A DNA stretch of 34,044 bases from a virus. Taxonomy: Duplodnaviria > Caudoviricetes. Shown here one piece after another: positions 32,688 to 34,044 of the stretch. The stretch is taken from IMG/VR virus record IMGVR_UViG_3300049436_000163, positions 1 through 34,044 of that record. One strand, 5' to 3'. Position 1 is the stretch's first letter. Every line of letters begins with the position of its first letter. The notes below the pieces were generated by a model. The model was not told the origin of the DNA. It saw only the letters and a program-made list of their open reading frames with translations, and did not search any database. The position numbers and the translations under genes are program-made.

Positions 32688-33028
32688 GCGCATGGACTCC
32701 CCGCGAAGCCGCTGCCTTTCTCGGCCTCAAGCCGAAGACCGTGCGCGCAATGGCCGCGGCGGGCTTGATCCCGGCCGCGTCAGTGGGCAGGCTCTGGCGC
32801 TTCGATCAGGGGGTCCTCGAAGAATGGCTGCGCGAACGCAGCCTGCTGAATCTCAGAGAGAAGAACGTCGCATGCCAGTCAAACGCCGCAAGGGCTCCCC
32901 GTATTTCCAAGTCACGTTCAAGCTCGCTGGCCGCCAGGTTAGACGCTCTGCTGGAACAAGAACCCGGGCCGAGGCCGAGCAATACGAAGAGGAACTTCGC
33001 CGTGATCTCTGGCAGCAAATCAGGCTAG
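32684..33028 (+). CDS. xis: Excisionase (HTH_17/MerR-like)
   Basis: WTPREAAAFLGLKPKTVRAMAAAGLIPAASVGRLWRF directly upstream of int. Confidence 0.8.
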   Translation: MSAWTPREAAAFLGLKPKTVRAMAAAGLIPAASVGRLWRFDQGVLEEWLRERSLLNLREKNVACQSNAARAPRISKSRSSSLAARLDALLEQEPGPRPSNTKRNFAVISGSKSG

Positions 33029-34044
33029 GCCAGAAGCGCTTCACCTGGGAAGACGCGGTCGATCGGCTGCGTCAGGAGCATGCCGACAATCCGCAGCGGT
33101 GGCGCGCCTTCGAGCGTACCGAACGCGTGCTGGAGCACCTGACACCGTTGCTTGCTGAATCACAGCTGACCGAGCTCGTCGACCGGGAGACCTTGCTGAA
33201 GGTGCGTCGACTGCTGGCGGCGCGCACATGGCACGACAAGCCCGTGGCGCACTCAACGGTGAACCGTGAAATGGCCGAGCTCGGCAAGATCCTGAACCTC
33301 GCGCACGACGAGTGGGGCATGCTCGACGCTGCCGTCCCGACCGTGCCGCTATTCCGCCTCGAGAAGGTCGAGCCAGTGTGGGCGACACGGCAACAGATCG
33401 CCGCGCTGCTGACTGCGCTGCCGCTGCACGCGCGCGACATGGCGATCTTCGCCTGCGCTACCGGCATGCGCCGGGGCGAGGTCGCCCGCATGCAGTGGGC
33501 GCACGTCGACGAGAAGCGCGCCACCTGCTATGTGCCGGCCAGCGGTGCCAAGAACCGCCAGGCGCGCGTGGTGCCCCTGAATGCCGACGCGCTGGCGATC
33601 CTCGCTGCCTGGCGTCAAGAGCGTGGCGTGCGCGTGAAGTTCGGGCCGCACCCAACGCACGTCTTCCACTTCCGCCGGCGCGCGCCGATCCATCAATTGA
33701 CGACGCGTGCATTCCGGGCGGCCGCGGCGGAAGCGGGACTGCCGGCCGGCTTCACTTTCCACAAGCTGCGGCACACCTGGGCGAGCTGGCAGGTGCAGAG
33801 CGGCACGCCGCTGAAGGTCCTGATGGAACTGGGCGGGTGGAAGTCCTACGAGATGGTCATCCGCTACGCGCACCTGGCGCCAGGCCATCTCGCGCAGTAT
33901 GCGGACCGTTCTCTGCTGGACCCAGCACAGAAAGTGACACAGTCCGATTCGGGCGCTGCAGAGGGCGCGCGTAACTCGCTGATTGATGGTGGAAAGGGAG
34001 GGACTCGAACCCTCGACCCCGGCATTATGAGTGCCGTGCTCTAA
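32872..34044 (+). CDS. int: Tyrosine integrase
   Basis: GMRRGE, AKN, FHKLRHTWASW, LGGW, RYAHL catalytic motifs; arm-binding N-terminus. Confidence 0.95.
   Translation: MPVKRRKGSPYFQVTFKLAGRQVRRSAGTRTRAEAEQYEEELRRDLWQQIRLGQKRFTWEDAVDRLRQEHADNPQRWRAFERTERVLEHLTPLLAESQLTELVDRETLLKVRRLLAARTWHDKPVAHSTVNREMAELGKILNLAHDEWGMLDAAVPTVPLFRLEKVEPVWATRQQIAALLTALPLHARDMAIFACATGMRRGEVARMQWAHVDEKRATCYVPASGAKNRQARVVPLNADALAILAAWRQERGVRVKFGPHPTHVFHFRRRAPIHQLTTRAFRAAAAEAGLPAGFTFHKLRHTWASWQVQSGTPLKVLMELGGWKSYEMVIRYAHLAPGHLAQYADRSLLDPAQKVTQSDSGAAEGARNSLIDGGKGGTRTLDPGIMSAVL
33987..34044 (-). tRNA. tRNA(CAT), probably elongator tRNA-Met; 3' portion, truncated by window; probable att site
   Basis: Reverse complement TTAGAGCA-CGGCA-CTCATAA-TGCCG-GGGTC-GAGGG-TTCGAGT-CCCTC-CCTTTCC-ACCA: anticodon arm, T arm and CCA. 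Confidence 0.9.

Larger units (their letters stand above)
1..34044. mobile_element. Lambdoid prophage, partial (head genes to int/att end)
   Basis: Portal-gpW-TerL-TerS, Q, replication initiator, cII/cro/cI switch with operators, early-left operon, xis, tyrosine integrase and tRNA att in lambdoid order. Confidence 0.96.

Noticed and set aside
32692-32871. N-terminal 60 aa of the 450-aa integrase ORF call
   Set aside because: Overlaps the Xis HTH; ATG 32872 gives a typical integrase N-terminus

Overview
GC-rich lambdoid prophage segment, probably from a Proteobacterium (inference). It runs from the portal gene (cut by the left edge) to the integrase and a tRNA(CAT) attachment site (right edge). 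The minus strand carries the cro/cII/replication/Q early-right operon and the start of the late operon: pR'/tR', a cluster of five genes (three encoding secreted proteins, with polysaccharide-lyase, Ig and PASTA-like domains), terS, terL, gpW and portal. The plus strand carries a cI-like repressor and a long, tightly coupled early-left operon ending in xis/int. The main result is a complete diversity-generating retroelement (DGR: avd, TR, RT) inside this early-left operon. It has three target genes, each a small stand-alone DUF1566/CLec-like protein with no signal peptide and no tail-fibre domain. By manual alignment the three VRs differ from the TR at 15, 9 and 12 positions, all at TR adenines. 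The DGR is followed by two DNA methyltransferases, Lar, MazG-like, DUF1643 and Rieske-domain genes, so it may diversify intracellular, early-expressed binding proteins instead of a receptor-binding tail protein. Family assignments come from motif recognition by eye, not database searches.
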